From: an uncultured Planctomycetota bacterium
GTDB taxonomy: Bacteria; Planctomycetota; Planctomycetia; Isosphaerales; Isosphaeraceae
Length of the DNA stretch: 64,000 bases
NCBI GenBank assembly: GCA_963823665.1
Contig: CAWGMQ010000005.1
Location: 672,001-736,000 of the forward strand
Direction of reading: 5' to 3'
Part shown: in pieces, positions 20,859 to 30,094 of the stretch
Numbering within the stretch: the first letter of the stretch is position 1
Layout: the number at the start of each line of letters is the position of its first letter
Position numbers and translations under genes: made by a program
Notes under the pieces: model-generated
The model's database searches: none
Seen by the model: only the letters and a program-made list of their open reading frames with translations
What the model was told of the DNA's origin: nothing

Positions 20859-21167
20859 ATGGCAACTGTCGAATTTGACGACGACGCAGTCGCTGACATG
20901 GACGGGATCTACGATCACATCGGTCGATCGCTTAAGAGTCCTCAGGCTGCGGACCGCATGATTGACCGCATTCATGCCGCTTGCGAGTTGCATGCAAGTC
21001 AACCTGGGATGGGGGAGCTCAGGCCCGATCTGGCACCGGGCGTTCGAGTCTTTGCCGTCGGATCGTACGTTGTAGTCTACCGGCCTTGCGATGACGGAAT
21101 TCGTGTGCTTCGAGTGTTCCTTGGACGCCGCAACTTTCCGGCATACTTTCATGACAAGCCGGTTTGA
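20859..21167 (+). CDS. ParE/RelE-family toxin
   Basis: AVADMDGIYDHI...PGMGELRPDLAPGVRVF..SYVVVYR..IRVLRV. Confidence 0.85.
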   Translation: MATVEFDDDAVADMDGIYDHIGRSLKSPQAADRMIDRIHAACELHASQPGMGELRPDLAPGVRVFAVGSYVVVYRPCDDGIRVLRVFLGRRNFPAYFHDKPV

Positions 21168-21191
21168 ATCGATGGGCCGGCTGATCTTCGA

Positions 21192-23681
21192 TCAAACGAT
21201 CACGTCTCTAGCGTCGGCCATGCTGCCCCGCACCAAGTCCAGTAACTCGCTCCCCTTCATGCGGTGCGCCGCGTCGTGCGGGCAGGCGTAGACGCAGCTT
21301 GGCTCGTGGCCGGGGCCCAGGCTTGTGCAGACGTCGCAGGTGGTCGCCTTGCGCACTTCGGCCTGGGCTTTCTTGTCGAATTGCTCGACCATGTTGATAT
21401 TGCCATACGGGCAATTCTCAGCGCAGAGGCCGCAGCCGATGCACCAGTTCTCGATGATGATCTCGGCTGACTGGTGGCGGCGGATCGAGCCCACGGGGCA
21501 GCCGACCATGCAGTACGGGTCGAGGCACGATCGGCACGAGCTCGCAACCAGGAACTTGTCGAACCGCAGGCCCTCGCGGATGAGCCGGGTCACTCCTTGA
21601 TGCGTATCGGCGCACGCCTTTGTGCACTCGTCGCAGCGGGTGCATTTCACCAGGTCGAGGACGAGCAGGTTCTGGGCATTCATCAGCCCTTGATCGAGGA
21701 AGGCCTCGAGCGGCTTCGCGTGGGCTTCCCAGACGTGGCGCTGGTTGTCTTCCAGTCGCTTGCGCGCCTCGGCGATCACCGCCGTTCGGAGCGTGGGCGC
21801 TTCGTCCAGGATCGCGCGGAAGTCTTCGGGCGTGATTCGCACGAGGTCGACGTGATCCAGCGCCGCGCAGGTGGCGGTTCGAACGCCGGCCGGGGCCAGG
21901 TCGCGCAGCTCGGGGAGGTCGGAAAGCAGCCCGATCTCACCGATGTACCCGCCGGGGCCAACGTAGTTCAACACCCGGTCTCCTCCGGCGCGAGACTCGG
22001 AGACTTTCACGAAGCCCGTCCTGACCAGATACAGGCCGTCGGTCGCCCGGTCGCCCTGCCGAAAAATCACCTGGCCGGGCTCGAACCGCAAGAGCGAAAC
22101 CCGCGGGCGGAGATTATCCACGACGCGCTGGAATCGCTCCTCGTCGGCCCGCAGGGGCGCGAAAAGGGGAACGCTGCGCAGGTGGCCGTCGATCGTGCGC
22201 GCGCGATACTTCGCCTCGAGCACGCGGCGGAACGACGGACTGCGCTGCATGATGTAAAGGACATTCCGCAGCATCTCCAGGACCGTGCAATCCTCGCCCG
22301 CGGTGACCGTTGCCGAGCGCGGGTAATGGCTCATGCAGGTCATCTCGCCGAAGATGTCGCCGGCCTTCATCGTGGCCTGCGGCCGGCCATAGGGCAAAGC
22401 GACCGGCGCGTCGACGGAGATAAAGTCACGCACGTGGTCGCCTGGGCGCGTCGTCAGCTTGCTGGTGAACCAGCCGATCGCTCCCCAGAACCCCGCGCGC
22501 GGCTGGTTCTCGACATGCTCGACCGGCGTCCGGAGGAAAATGTCGACCGAGCCCTTCTCGATGAAGAAGGCCGTGGCGCCGTTGTCGCCCTCGCGGCAGA
22601 TCACCTCTCCCTTGCGATACACACGGCGTTTGACCGCGTGAATGTTCGATCGCAAGAACGCGTGCGAGATTCCCTGGAACGCCTCGCGAATCTCGGAGAT
22701 CTCGTGCCCGAGCAGATCGCTCACCGAAACATCGGTTCCCTCGGAGAACCTGGTCTCGATCACGCGCTTGTGCGTGAGCGCCCCGGTCGGGCAGTCGTCG
22801 GCGCACTCGCCGCAGGCAACGCAGCTCGATTCGCCCATGGGCGAGTCGAGGTCGAAGGCGATCCGCGCTTTAAAGCCCTTGCCCATCCGGCCGATCACGT
22901 GGTTTTCCTTGATGACGTCGCAACCCCGGACGCAGCGGTCGCAGAGGATGCAGGCGTTGTGATCGACGGCGATGACAAGCGACGAGTTGTCACGCGGAAG
23001 CTCGATCTCGCGGCGCTCGAGCCGCGACTCGGTTGCTCCGAATCGCTTGGCAAGCGCCTCGAGCTCGCACTCGCCGGGAGCCTCCCGTTCCTTGACGCAT
23101 GGTGTGGGATGGTCGGTCATCAACAGCTCGGTCAGCACCTTGACCGCCGCGTGCAGCCGCGCTTTCGCCTTGGCGTCGGGCGATGCGACCGTGTCGACGA
23201 TCATCGTCGGCTCGACGCGATGCTGGCAGGCCGGAATCAGCTTGCGGCCCGGCTCGACGCGATTCGTCCGCTTCGAGTACTTTGAGACCTGCACGACGCA
23301 CACGCGGCAGACCCCCACCGGATCCATGTATTCGCGATGGCAGAGGGTCGGGATTGGATTGGCCGCGTGCAGCAGCTTGTCACGATAAAGTTCGCTGACG
23401 GCGTCATAGATGGTCGTCGACCGCGGGATCACGCGGCCGTGCGCGTCGCGGCGGAAGTTACCCTGCGCGTCGGTCGAGGGCACGGCCTTCTTGACCTCGA
23501 TCTCATGGCCGTCGACGGTGATCTTGATCGTTTCCTCGAGGTCGGCCGCCGTGGCCTTGTCGATGCGGATCAACCGGCCCTCGAAGTCGCGGGCGAAGAG
23601 ATCCTCTTCCTCCCAGACCGGGAAGGTCGCGCGGTCGTCTCGCTCGCGGCCAGGGATGTGGTCTACCGATCCGGCGCTCAT
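21192..23681 (-). CDS. Fe-S protein: NuoG/HydA-like N-terminal Fe-S region, two cNMP-binding domains, DmsB/NrfC-like C-terminal polyferredoxin
   Basis: LCH..VCRVC..AC (2Fe-2S); CILCDRCVRGC, CVACGECADDCP; FGEM..PRSATV, IGEIGLL..RTAT; CTRCDECTKAC, CRSCLDPYCMVGCP, CIGCGLCAENCP, CDVC..CVYACP. Confidence 0.9.
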   Translation of the reverse strand: MSAGSVDHIPGRERDDRATFPVWEEEDLFARDFEGRLIRIDKATAADLEETIKITVDGHEIEVKKAVPSTDAQGNFRRDAHGRVIPRSTTIYDAVSELYRDKLLHAANPIPTLCHREYMDPVGVCRVCVVQVSKYSKRTNRVEPGRKLIPACQHRVEPTMIVDTVASPDAKAKARLHAAVKVLTELLMTDHPTPCVKEREAPGECELEALAKRFGATESRLERREIELPRDNSSLVIAVDHNACILCDRCVRGCDVIKENHVIGRMGKGFKARIAFDLDSPMGESSCVACGECADDCPTGALTHKRVIETRFSEGTDVSVSDLLGHEISEIREAFQGISHAFLRSNIHAVKRRVYRKGEVICREGDNGATAFFIEKGSVDIFLRTPVEHVENQPRAGFWGAIGWFTSKLTTRPGDHVRDFISVDAPVALPYGRPQATMKAGDIFGEMTCMSHYPRSATVTAGEDCTVLEMLRNVLYIMQRSPSFRRVLEAKYRARTIDGHLRSVPLFAPLRADEERFQRVVDNLRPRVSLLRFEPGQVIFRQGDRATDGLYLVRTGFVKVSESRAGGDRVLNYVGPGGYIGEIGLLSDLPELRDLAPAGVRTATCAALDHVDLVRITPEDFRAILDEAPTLRTAVIAEARKRLEDNQRHVWEAHAKPLEAFLDQGLMNAQNLLVLDLVKCTRCDECTKACADTHQGVTRLIREGLRFDKFLVASSCRSCLDPYCMVGCPVGSIRRHQSAEIIIENWCIGCGLCAENCPYGNINMVEQFDKKAQAEVRKATTCDVCTSLGPGHEPSCVYACPHDAAHRMKGSELLDLVRGSMADARDVIV

Positions 23682-25528
23682 GACGATCGCTCCGCAGGGC
23701 CGAGCACCCCGATGTCACTCGAGAACGACTGGAGCACCGTGGAAAGGGGCTTTGCCGCGGACATGCCCAGTCCGCAGATCGAGGTCAGCTCGAGGATCTC
23801 CAGTAGCTCGTTCACCAGCGCTTTGTCACGAGCGAGGTCCTCGGCTGTTGCCTGTCCCCGTGCGATGCGCTCGCCGACGGAGACAAGCTTTTGCGAGCCG
23901 ATCCGGCAAGGCACGCATTTGCCGCATGACTCGTTGCGAAAGAACCGCGAAGCGTTCAGCGCGTGGTCGAACATGTTCACGCCTCGGTCTTCTGCATACA
24001 CGGTGAGTCCGGCGCCGAGCATGAGGTTCAGGGTGCGGAACTCGTCGATGTCGAGCGGCAGCTCGCGGATGTCGAGTGTGTCGCGGCCGGCCGGGAAGTT
24101 CCGCTCGGACCTTGGCCCGACGTCGGCCTTCGAGAGAACGGCGGGGATGAAACCGCCGGAAGGCCCTGACGGCGCAACGGCCTTGAGAGGCAGGCCGTCG
24201 CGCACGCCTCCTGCCAGATCGATCAGCTCGCCCAGGGTCGAGCCGATCTCGACTTCAAAGACGCCGGGCTGGCGCACATCGCCGCAGATCGAGAAAAACC
24301 GCAGCCCCGGCGCGCCGGCTTTTCCTTTGGCGGTGTACCACGGACTTCCTTTGCTACCCGAATCGGCATACCACTTGCCGCCGTTGAGCACGATCGCGGG
24401 AACCCAGGCGAACGTTTCGACGTTCGAGAGCAGTGTGGGTTTGTCGAAGAGGCCGTTGGTCTCGAGCTGGGGCGGCCGGTTGCGCGGCTCGGCCCTGTGC
24501 TCCTCGATGGCCTCGATCAAGGCCCCCTGCTCTCCGCAGACGTAACCGCCGGGGCTGATGAATACCTCCATGTCAAACGGCATTCCGGTGCCGAGCATGT
24601 TCGATCCCAGCACACCGTCATGCCGCGCCGCCGCGAGGGCCTGGTTCACAGCGTGGATCTGGTCGTGATATTCGTGGCGAATGTAGATATATCCATATTT
24701 CGCTCGAACGAGGAGGGCCGCCAGCACCATCCCCTCGATGATCAGGTCGGGCGTGCGCAGGAGGAGCTCGCGATCCTTGAATGTCGCCGGCTCGCTTTCG
24801 TCGGCGTTGCAGACGATAAATTTTTCGTCGCCCCGGGCCTCGAGCACGTCTCGCCATTTCTGTGCCGCGGGAGTGCCCGCGCCCCCCATGCCGCGCAGGT
24901 TGGCGGTTTCGAGCTCGGCGATGAAGCTCGTGCGAACGGCCTGGCGATCCTGTTCACCGGCGGCAGCCTTGAGCTTGCCGGCAAAGTCGCGAGCGGCCTG
25001 GTAGAACCGCGAGTTTGCGGTGGGATCCGTGGCTCGCCCGTAGGGGTCGATCCGCCAGGGTCGCGGCGAGCGATCGACGGCATCGGGCGGCACGTCCTGG
25101 CTCTCCAGGTGCGCCGCGACGATCGTGCGTAACCGCGCGGCAAAGTCGGCAACAACCGGGCGCTCCAGGACGCGCGTCTCTTCCGGCTTTCCCGGACGGT
25201 GCAGCTCGATCAAAACGGCCGGTGCGCCGTCGCAGCGGCCCAGGCACGACACACTCTCGACCTTGACGCGGTTCTCGCCGCCGAACTCGGCCGCGACGGC
25301 CTCGAGCGCCGCGAGGCAGCCAGGTGCGCCGCGCAGGTGGCAGGCGATATCGCGGCAGACGTGCACCTCGACCGGCGGTGGTGGATGCAGCCGGAAGTGG
25401 GGAAAGAAGCTGACCACCTCGTGAATCCGGTGCAGCGGGACATCGAGCCGGGCCGAGAGGCTCTCGAGATCCTCCCGTTTCAGATAGCCGTTACGTTCCT
25501 GGATTGCACGAAGCTGGTGGACGAGCAT
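23678..25528 (-). CDS. NuoE-NuoF fusion (FMN/Fe-S NAD(P)H diaphorase module)
   Basis: CRDIAC...CLGRC; LRGMGGAG, CNADESEP, YVCGEQGAL, GPSGG, ESCGKCVPC, SICGLG; 4-nt overlap with the next gene. Confidence 0.92.
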   Translation of the reverse strand: MLVHQLRAIQERNGYLKREDLESLSARLDVPLHRIHEVVSFFPHFRLHPPPPVEVHVCRDIACHLRGAPGCLAALEAVAAEFGGENRVKVESVSCLGRCDGAPAVLIELHRPGKPEETRVLERPVVADFAARLRTIVAAHLESQDVPPDAVDRSPRPWRIDPYGRATDPTANSRFYQAARDFAGKLKAAAGEQDRQAVRTSFIAELETANLRGMGGAGTPAAQKWRDVLEARGDEKFIVCNADESEPATFKDRELLLRTPDLIIEGMVLAALLVRAKYGYIYIRHEYHDQIHAVNQALAAARHDGVLGSNMLGTGMPFDMEVFISPGGYVCGEQGALIEAIEEHRAEPRNRPPQLETNGLFDKPTLLSNVETFAWVPAIVLNGGKWYADSGSKGSPWYTAKGKAGAPGLRFFSICGDVRQPGVFEVEIGSTLGELIDLAGGVRDGLPLKAVAPSGPSGGFIPAVLSKADVGPRSERNFPAGRDTLDIRELPLDIDEFRTLNLMLGAGLTVYAEDRGVNMFDHALNASRFFRNESCGKCVPCRIGSQKLVSVGERIARGQATAEDLARDKALVNELLEILELTSICGLGMSAAKPLSTVLQSFSSDIGVLGPAERSS

Positions 25529-25743
25529 GGAGTTTCCCGGCGTTCACATGGAAACGGGCGGCTCGGGCCTGCATCGGATCGCCGCCCGCGGACTTCCTAG
25601 TATTGCAAGCGATCGAGCGGACGGGAAGCGTTCAGCGTAATCAGGTTTTCAAATCACCGGTCTATCCCCTTGGCCCGATTGCTCCGGTATGATCGGAACT
25701 CGAACCCAGCCGCTCCAGTTCCTCTCCGATTCGAGGTTCCAAG

Positions 25744-26904
25744 ATGAGCACGACCGATAAGCCCGACCCGAATTCGCGGGCATCACATGGTCTCTTCAGC
25801 CGCATCATAAGGCGCTGGCGTTTGCTCCTGTTCCTTTGGTTGCTCGCCTTGGTGCCGATCGTCTATGCGATTTATGCGATCGAGCAACCACGTTATGAGG
25901 CATTGAGCTTGTTGAGAGTCGCCGCAGCTTCTCCCAATCTCTTTGAGCCATCCAGGCCGGAACAGATCGATCCCAAGAACGTTCTGCCGTACATGCAGAC
26001 CCAGGTTGGCTTGATCAGCAGCGACCGCGTCCTCGGTCCGGCCGTCGCAAGCCGGGAAGTCGCCAATCTGAGCGCCATCACGGGCTCGAGTGAGCCGATC
26101 GTCGATCTCAGGAAGAGAATGACGGTGGCCATTGTGCCGGACAGCTATTTGATTCGCGTCGCCCTGGAACTTCCGGACGGAAAGGAGGCGGCGACGATTC
26201 TGAATGCTGTCGTCAACTCTTATTTGCTCTATCACGGCGAGCATACTCGGAGCGGCAACTCGACCCTTCGAAAGAGCCTTGCCGAACATCTCGAGGAATA
26301 CAAGAAACAGATCGGCGAGAAGCGAGACGAGCTCAGAACGCTCGTGCAGCCTAAAGTTATTAGCCCGCATCCTGGATACCGCACGGCCGGCACGGTGACT
26401 GAGGAGCAATCCGACCGGATCGCGGCGGAAATGGTCAATGCTCAAGTGGAGCTTGTGAAGGCACAGTCGACGCTCGAAGCGACGGAAGCCGCCGCCGAAG
26501 CAGAAAAGGATCCCCGTCTACGGCAAACACTGAGCGACCTTCGGATCAACGTGGCAGCGCTCGTGAAACAGAAAGAGTACCTGGCCAAATACCTCGACGG
26601 GCTCAAAATTGAAAAGAAAGGGACAACCGACGTCTCGTTCGAAGCAGCATTCGTGAACCGCCAGCTCGAAATCTTGCTGAAGGATGAGGCACAGATCAGC
26701 GCGCACCTCAAACAACTGGAATTTGATTCGCAACGCGGGGAGGGTCGCGTGACGTTGGTCGACAACGCCTTGCCCCCAAGAACGCCAGTGAACGACAGGC
26801 GGTTCGCGTACATGGCGGCTGCGCCGGTCGTGATGTTGCTGGCCCTCATGAGCGTCGCTTTGTGCTTGCCTCTCAGAGGCTCGCGCGCCTGGGCTGGGGA
26901 ATGA
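25744..26904 (+). CDS. Wzz/GumC-like polysaccharide co-polymerase domain protein, paralog 1 (no tyrosine-kinase domain)
   Basis: TM helices at both ends, YMQTQVGLISSDRVL, coiled coil, Pro-rich motif before the last TM. Confidence 0.75.
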   Translation: MSTTDKPDPNSRASHGLFSRIIRRWRLLLFLWLLALVPIVYAIYAIEQPRYEALSLLRVAAASPNLFEPSRPEQIDPKNVLPYMQTQVGLISSDRVLGPAVASREVANLSAITGSSEPIVDLRKRMTVAIVPDSYLIRVALELPDGKEAATILNAVVNSYLLYHGEHTRSGNSTLRKSLAEHLEEYKKQIGEKRDELRTLVQPKVISPHPGYRTAGTVTEEQSDRIAAEMVNAQVELVKAQSTLEATEAAAEAEKDPRLRQTLSDLRINVAALVKQKEYLAKYLDGLKIEKKGTTDVSFEAAFVNRQLEILLKDEAQISAHLKQLEFDSQRGEGRVTLVDNALPPRTPVNDRRFAYMAAAPVVMLLALMSVALCLPLRGSRAWAGE

Positions 26905-27025
26905 CCTTGAACAGAAGCGCGCGCGCCGCGACCGGATGATCGATTTTTCCCTTCACCCCACCGAGCATGTATCGTGAGTGATGGACGTTGATCGTCTCGC
27001 TTCCGCAGTTATTCGAGCATCCGCC

Positions 27026-28225
27026 ATGAGCACATCTGCCAAGCCCGACCCGAACTCGCCTCAGCGCCTCGGTGTCCTGAGTCGAATCACTGATCAACTG
27101 TGGCAGATCATTTTGCTCTGGCTGGTCATCTCGATGCCGATCATCTACCTGATCCATCAGTTCGTCGAGCCGCGCTTTGAAGCATTCAGCATCTTGCGCG
27201 TCACACCGACTTCCTGGCAGCTCTACGAACCGTCCGGTTCGCAGCATGTCGATTTCAGGGGCGGTCTACCTTACCTGCAGACTCAAATCGGCTTGATCAC
27301 TTCTGATCGTGTGCTCGGCCCGGCCATCGCGGAGCGTGAGGTCGTCAATCTGAGCACGATCAAGAATGCCGATGATCCGAGAGAATACCTGCGCGAGCAC
27401 CTGAAGGTCGAGATGGTGAAAGATGCCTATCTGATCCGCGTCGCGTTGGAGTTGCCGGATCGCAACGAGGCGACCGCAATCGTCAATACCGTAGTCCAGT
27501 GTTACTTGCTCTATAATAGCGAACATCAGCGGAGTGGGAATTCGACTCTCCGGAAAAGCCTCTCCGACCATCTTGAGGAATACAAGAAACAGATCGGCGA
27601 GAAGCGAGACGAGCTGAAAGGTCTCTACCAGAAGGGCACCATCGTTGCCGTTCCGGGAATCAGCCTGAACGCGTCCGGCAAAGTCAGCGACCCCACGCAA
27701 CCGCGGCTTTCGACTGTGACGGAATCGCAAGCACGACGGGTCGCGGACGAGATCATCAATTCCGACCTGGATTTGATCAAGGCGCAATCAATCCTCGAGG
27801 TAACAGAAGCTGCGAGTAATGCAGGAAACGACCCGCACGCGCGACAAATGCTGAGCGAGCTTCGGCTCAACGTGGCCTCGCTCGTGAAGCAAAGAGAATC
27901 TCAGGCGAAGTACTTCGAAGGCCTTAAGGTGGAGAAGAACGCGGGAAAACCCGACGCGTTCGACGTTGATTTGGTGCGACGTCAACTTGACATCCTGCTC
28001 CGGCGGGAAGACCAGGTCAACCAACAGCTCAAGCAACTGGAGTTCGAGTCATCTCAAGAGAACGTTCGAGTGACGCTCCTCGACGCCGCCGTGGCTCCGA
28101 ACGCTCCCACCAACAACGACCGGACCAGATACATGGCCCTCGCGCCCATCGCCGTCTTGCTCGCTCTGATCGGATTCGCCTTGCTTTTGCCTGTAAAGGG
28201 CTCGCGCGCCTGGACTGGAGAATGA
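27026..28225 (+). CDS. Wzz/GumC-like protein, paralog 2
   Basis: Collinear with paralog 1 (KPDPNS, YLQTQIGLITSDRVL, HLEEYKKQIGEKRDEL, GSRAWxGE). Confidence 0.75.
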   Translation: MSTSAKPDPNSPQRLGVLSRITDQLWQIILLWLVISMPIIYLIHQFVEPRFEAFSILRVTPTSWQLYEPSGSQHVDFRGGLPYLQTQIGLITSDRVLGPAIAEREVVNLSTIKNADDPREYLREHLKVEMVKDAYLIRVALELPDRNEATAIVNTVVQCYLLYNSEHQRSGNSTLRKSLSDHLEEYKKQIGEKRDELKGLYQKGTIVAVPGISLNASGKVSDPTQPRLSTVTESQARRVADEIINSDLDLIKAQSILEVTEAASNAGNDPHARQMLSELRLNVASLVKQRESQAKYFEGLKVEKNAGKPDAFDVDLVRRQLDILLRREDQVNQQLKQLEFESSQENVRVTLLDAAVAPNAPTNNDRTRYMALAPIAVLLALIGFALLLPVKGSRAWTGE

Positions 28226-28228
28226 GCA

Positions 28229-30088
28229 GTGCTAGCATCAAGACTGCCTCGGATTGCTCGCGTCTTGTTGCTCGCCTGGCTCTCCGTGTTACTTGCGCCG
28301 GCCGAGGCCGCACGCGCTGAGCAGGGAACCAAGCCGAATATCATCGTGATCCTCGCCGATGATCTCGGCTATGGAGAACTCGGCTGTTATGGGAGTCCGA
28401 GATTCAAGACGCCCAATATCGATCGCTTGGCCGCTGAGGGCGTGTGGCTGACGCAATTCAACACGCCCATGGCGTACTGCGCCCCGACCCGAGCTGCCCT
28501 CTTGACCGGTCGATACCCACTGCGCTGCGGTCTCTCCACCAACCCGGCGCCCGACGAAGGGCCCAAGGCCGACGCGGTGGCGCTTCCGAAAAGTGAGATC
28601 ACGCTGGCCGAGATCTTCAAAAGGGCCGGCTATGCGACCGCCATGGTTGGCAAGTGGCATCTCGGCCACCAGGCGCCCGAGCACCTTCCCACCCACCGTG
28701 GCTTCGATGAATACGTCGGCATCCTTTGCAGCAACGACATGCGGCCGGTGCGCTTGATCGAAGGCGACAAACCAGTTGAATACCCGCTCGTTCAGGCGAC
28801 GCTCACCAAGCGTTACACCGAGCGGGCGCTGCGATTCATCGAGGGCCACCAGAACGCGCCGTTCTTCCTTTACTTCGCGCACGCGATGCCCCACAAGCCA
28901 CTTGCTTGCTCGGAAGAATTCTACAAGAAGAGCGGCGCGGGGCTTTACGGCGACGTGCTGGCCGAGCTGGACTGGAGCGTCGGGCAGGTGCTCACCAAGC
29001 TGAAGAAGCTTGGCCTGGACCGCCGCACGCTCGTGCTCTTCACCAGCGATAACGGCCCGTGGTTCGGTGGGAGCACCGCGGGCCTGCGCGGGATGAAAAG
29101 CACCACGTGGGAAGGCGGCTACCGCGTGCCATGCATCGCGCGATGGCCGGGCCGGATTCCTGGGGGCCCTGTTTGCGGCGCGCCTGCGGTCACAGTGGAT
29201 CTCTTCGCCACGGCTCTGGCCGCTGCGGAAATCCAGCCGCCACAGGATCGGGTGATCGACGGCAAGGACTTGCTTCCGCTGCTAACGGGAAAGGTCCGCG
29301 AAGTCCACGACGTCGTCTTCGGTCAGCAAGGCCCGCGGCTGGCCACGGTCCGCGATCGAAGATGGAAGCTCCACTTGCTCGCGCCGGCGGATACTCGTGC
29401 GTCAGAAACAACCAGCCGCTGGGTCGACCCCCGCGGCCCAGACGGAACGACAATTCTAGCGCCTTCCGAACAGTACCAGCCGAGCGACTATCCCGGCATT
29501 CGCACGGGGGATTTGCCGCGCGCGATGAGCTTGTTTGACCTCCAGAAGGACCCGGCAGAACAGCACGACGTCGCCGCCGAGCATGCGGACGTCGTGGCCC
29601 GACTCAAGGCGCGAGCCGACGAGTTCGTCAGTTCGCTCGCAACGAACGGGAAACAGAGCGCCGTGGCAGACCCGTCGCCGGCCGAGCCGGTCACGGCGTT
29701 ACTAACCGTCTCGCCGGAACGTGCCTCGGCCGGCGAGACCGTCGAGGCGCTCGTCCACATCCGCATTGCCGGCGCGCACTTCATTCACGCCCGAGACGAA
29801 GCCCGCTCGCCGTTTATCCCGCTCACAATGAGCACGACTCTACCCGACGGTGTCGAGCCCATCGGCGACTGGCAATTTCCTGCGCCTGAAAAAGGGCGCG
29901 GACAATCGCTCGTTTATCGTGATTCGGTTTTGTTGCGACGTTCGCTCCGAGTCGTCTCGAGCTTGGCGCCGAAAACGCTTACAGTGGCGGGTGAGCTCCA
30001 GTACCAAGTCTGCACGGAGGAGATCTGCTGGCCCAAAGGAAAGTTGAAGCTATCCGCGTCTCTCATGATCCAATCCCCACGGAGATAA
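28229..30088 (+). CDS. Secreted arylsulfatase fused to a C-terminal DsbD-N-like domain
   Basis: PNIIVILADDLG, CAPTRAALLTGRY, GKWHLG, SDNG; C-terminal YQVCTEEICWP. Confidence 0.88.
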   Translation: MLASRLPRIARVLLLAWLSVLLAPAEAARAEQGTKPNIIVILADDLGYGELGCYGSPRFKTPNIDRLAAEGVWLTQFNTPMAYCAPTRAALLTGRYPLRCGLSTNPAPDEGPKADAVALPKSEITLAEIFKRAGYATAMVGKWHLGHQAPEHLPTHRGFDEYVGILCSNDMRPVRLIEGDKPVEYPLVQATLTKRYTERALRFIEGHQNAPFFLYFAHAMPHKPLACSEEFYKKSGAGLYGDVLAELDWSVGQVLTKLKKLGLDRRTLVLFTSDNGPWFGGSTAGLRGMKSTTWEGGYRVPCIARWPGRIPGGPVCGAPAVTVDLFATALAAAEIQPPQDRVIDGKDLLPLLTGKVREVHDVVFGQQGPRLATVRDRRWKLHLLAPADTRASETTSRWVDPRGPDGTTILAPSEQYQPSDYPGIRTGDLPRAMSLFDLQKDPAEQHDVAAEHADVVARLKARADEFVSSLATNGKQSAVADPSPAEPVTALLTVSPERASAGETVEALVHIRIAGAHFIHARDEARSPFIPLTMSTTLPDGVEPIGDWQFPAPEKGRGQSLVYRDSVLLRRSLRVVSSLAPKTLTVAGELQYQVCTEEICWPKGKLKLSASLMIQSPRR

Positions 30089-30094
30089 ATTGAG

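Noticed and set aside
21474..23285. Long antisense ORFs (603 aa here; similar ones at 10645, 35167 and 41977)
   Set aside because: Shadow ORFs expected opposite high-GC genes; no recognisable motifs
21192..25528. Respiratory complex I, formate dehydrogenase or hydrogenase operon
   Set aside because: No membrane-arm, molybdopterin, NiFe or H-cluster subunits in the window, so nuo gene symbols were not assigned
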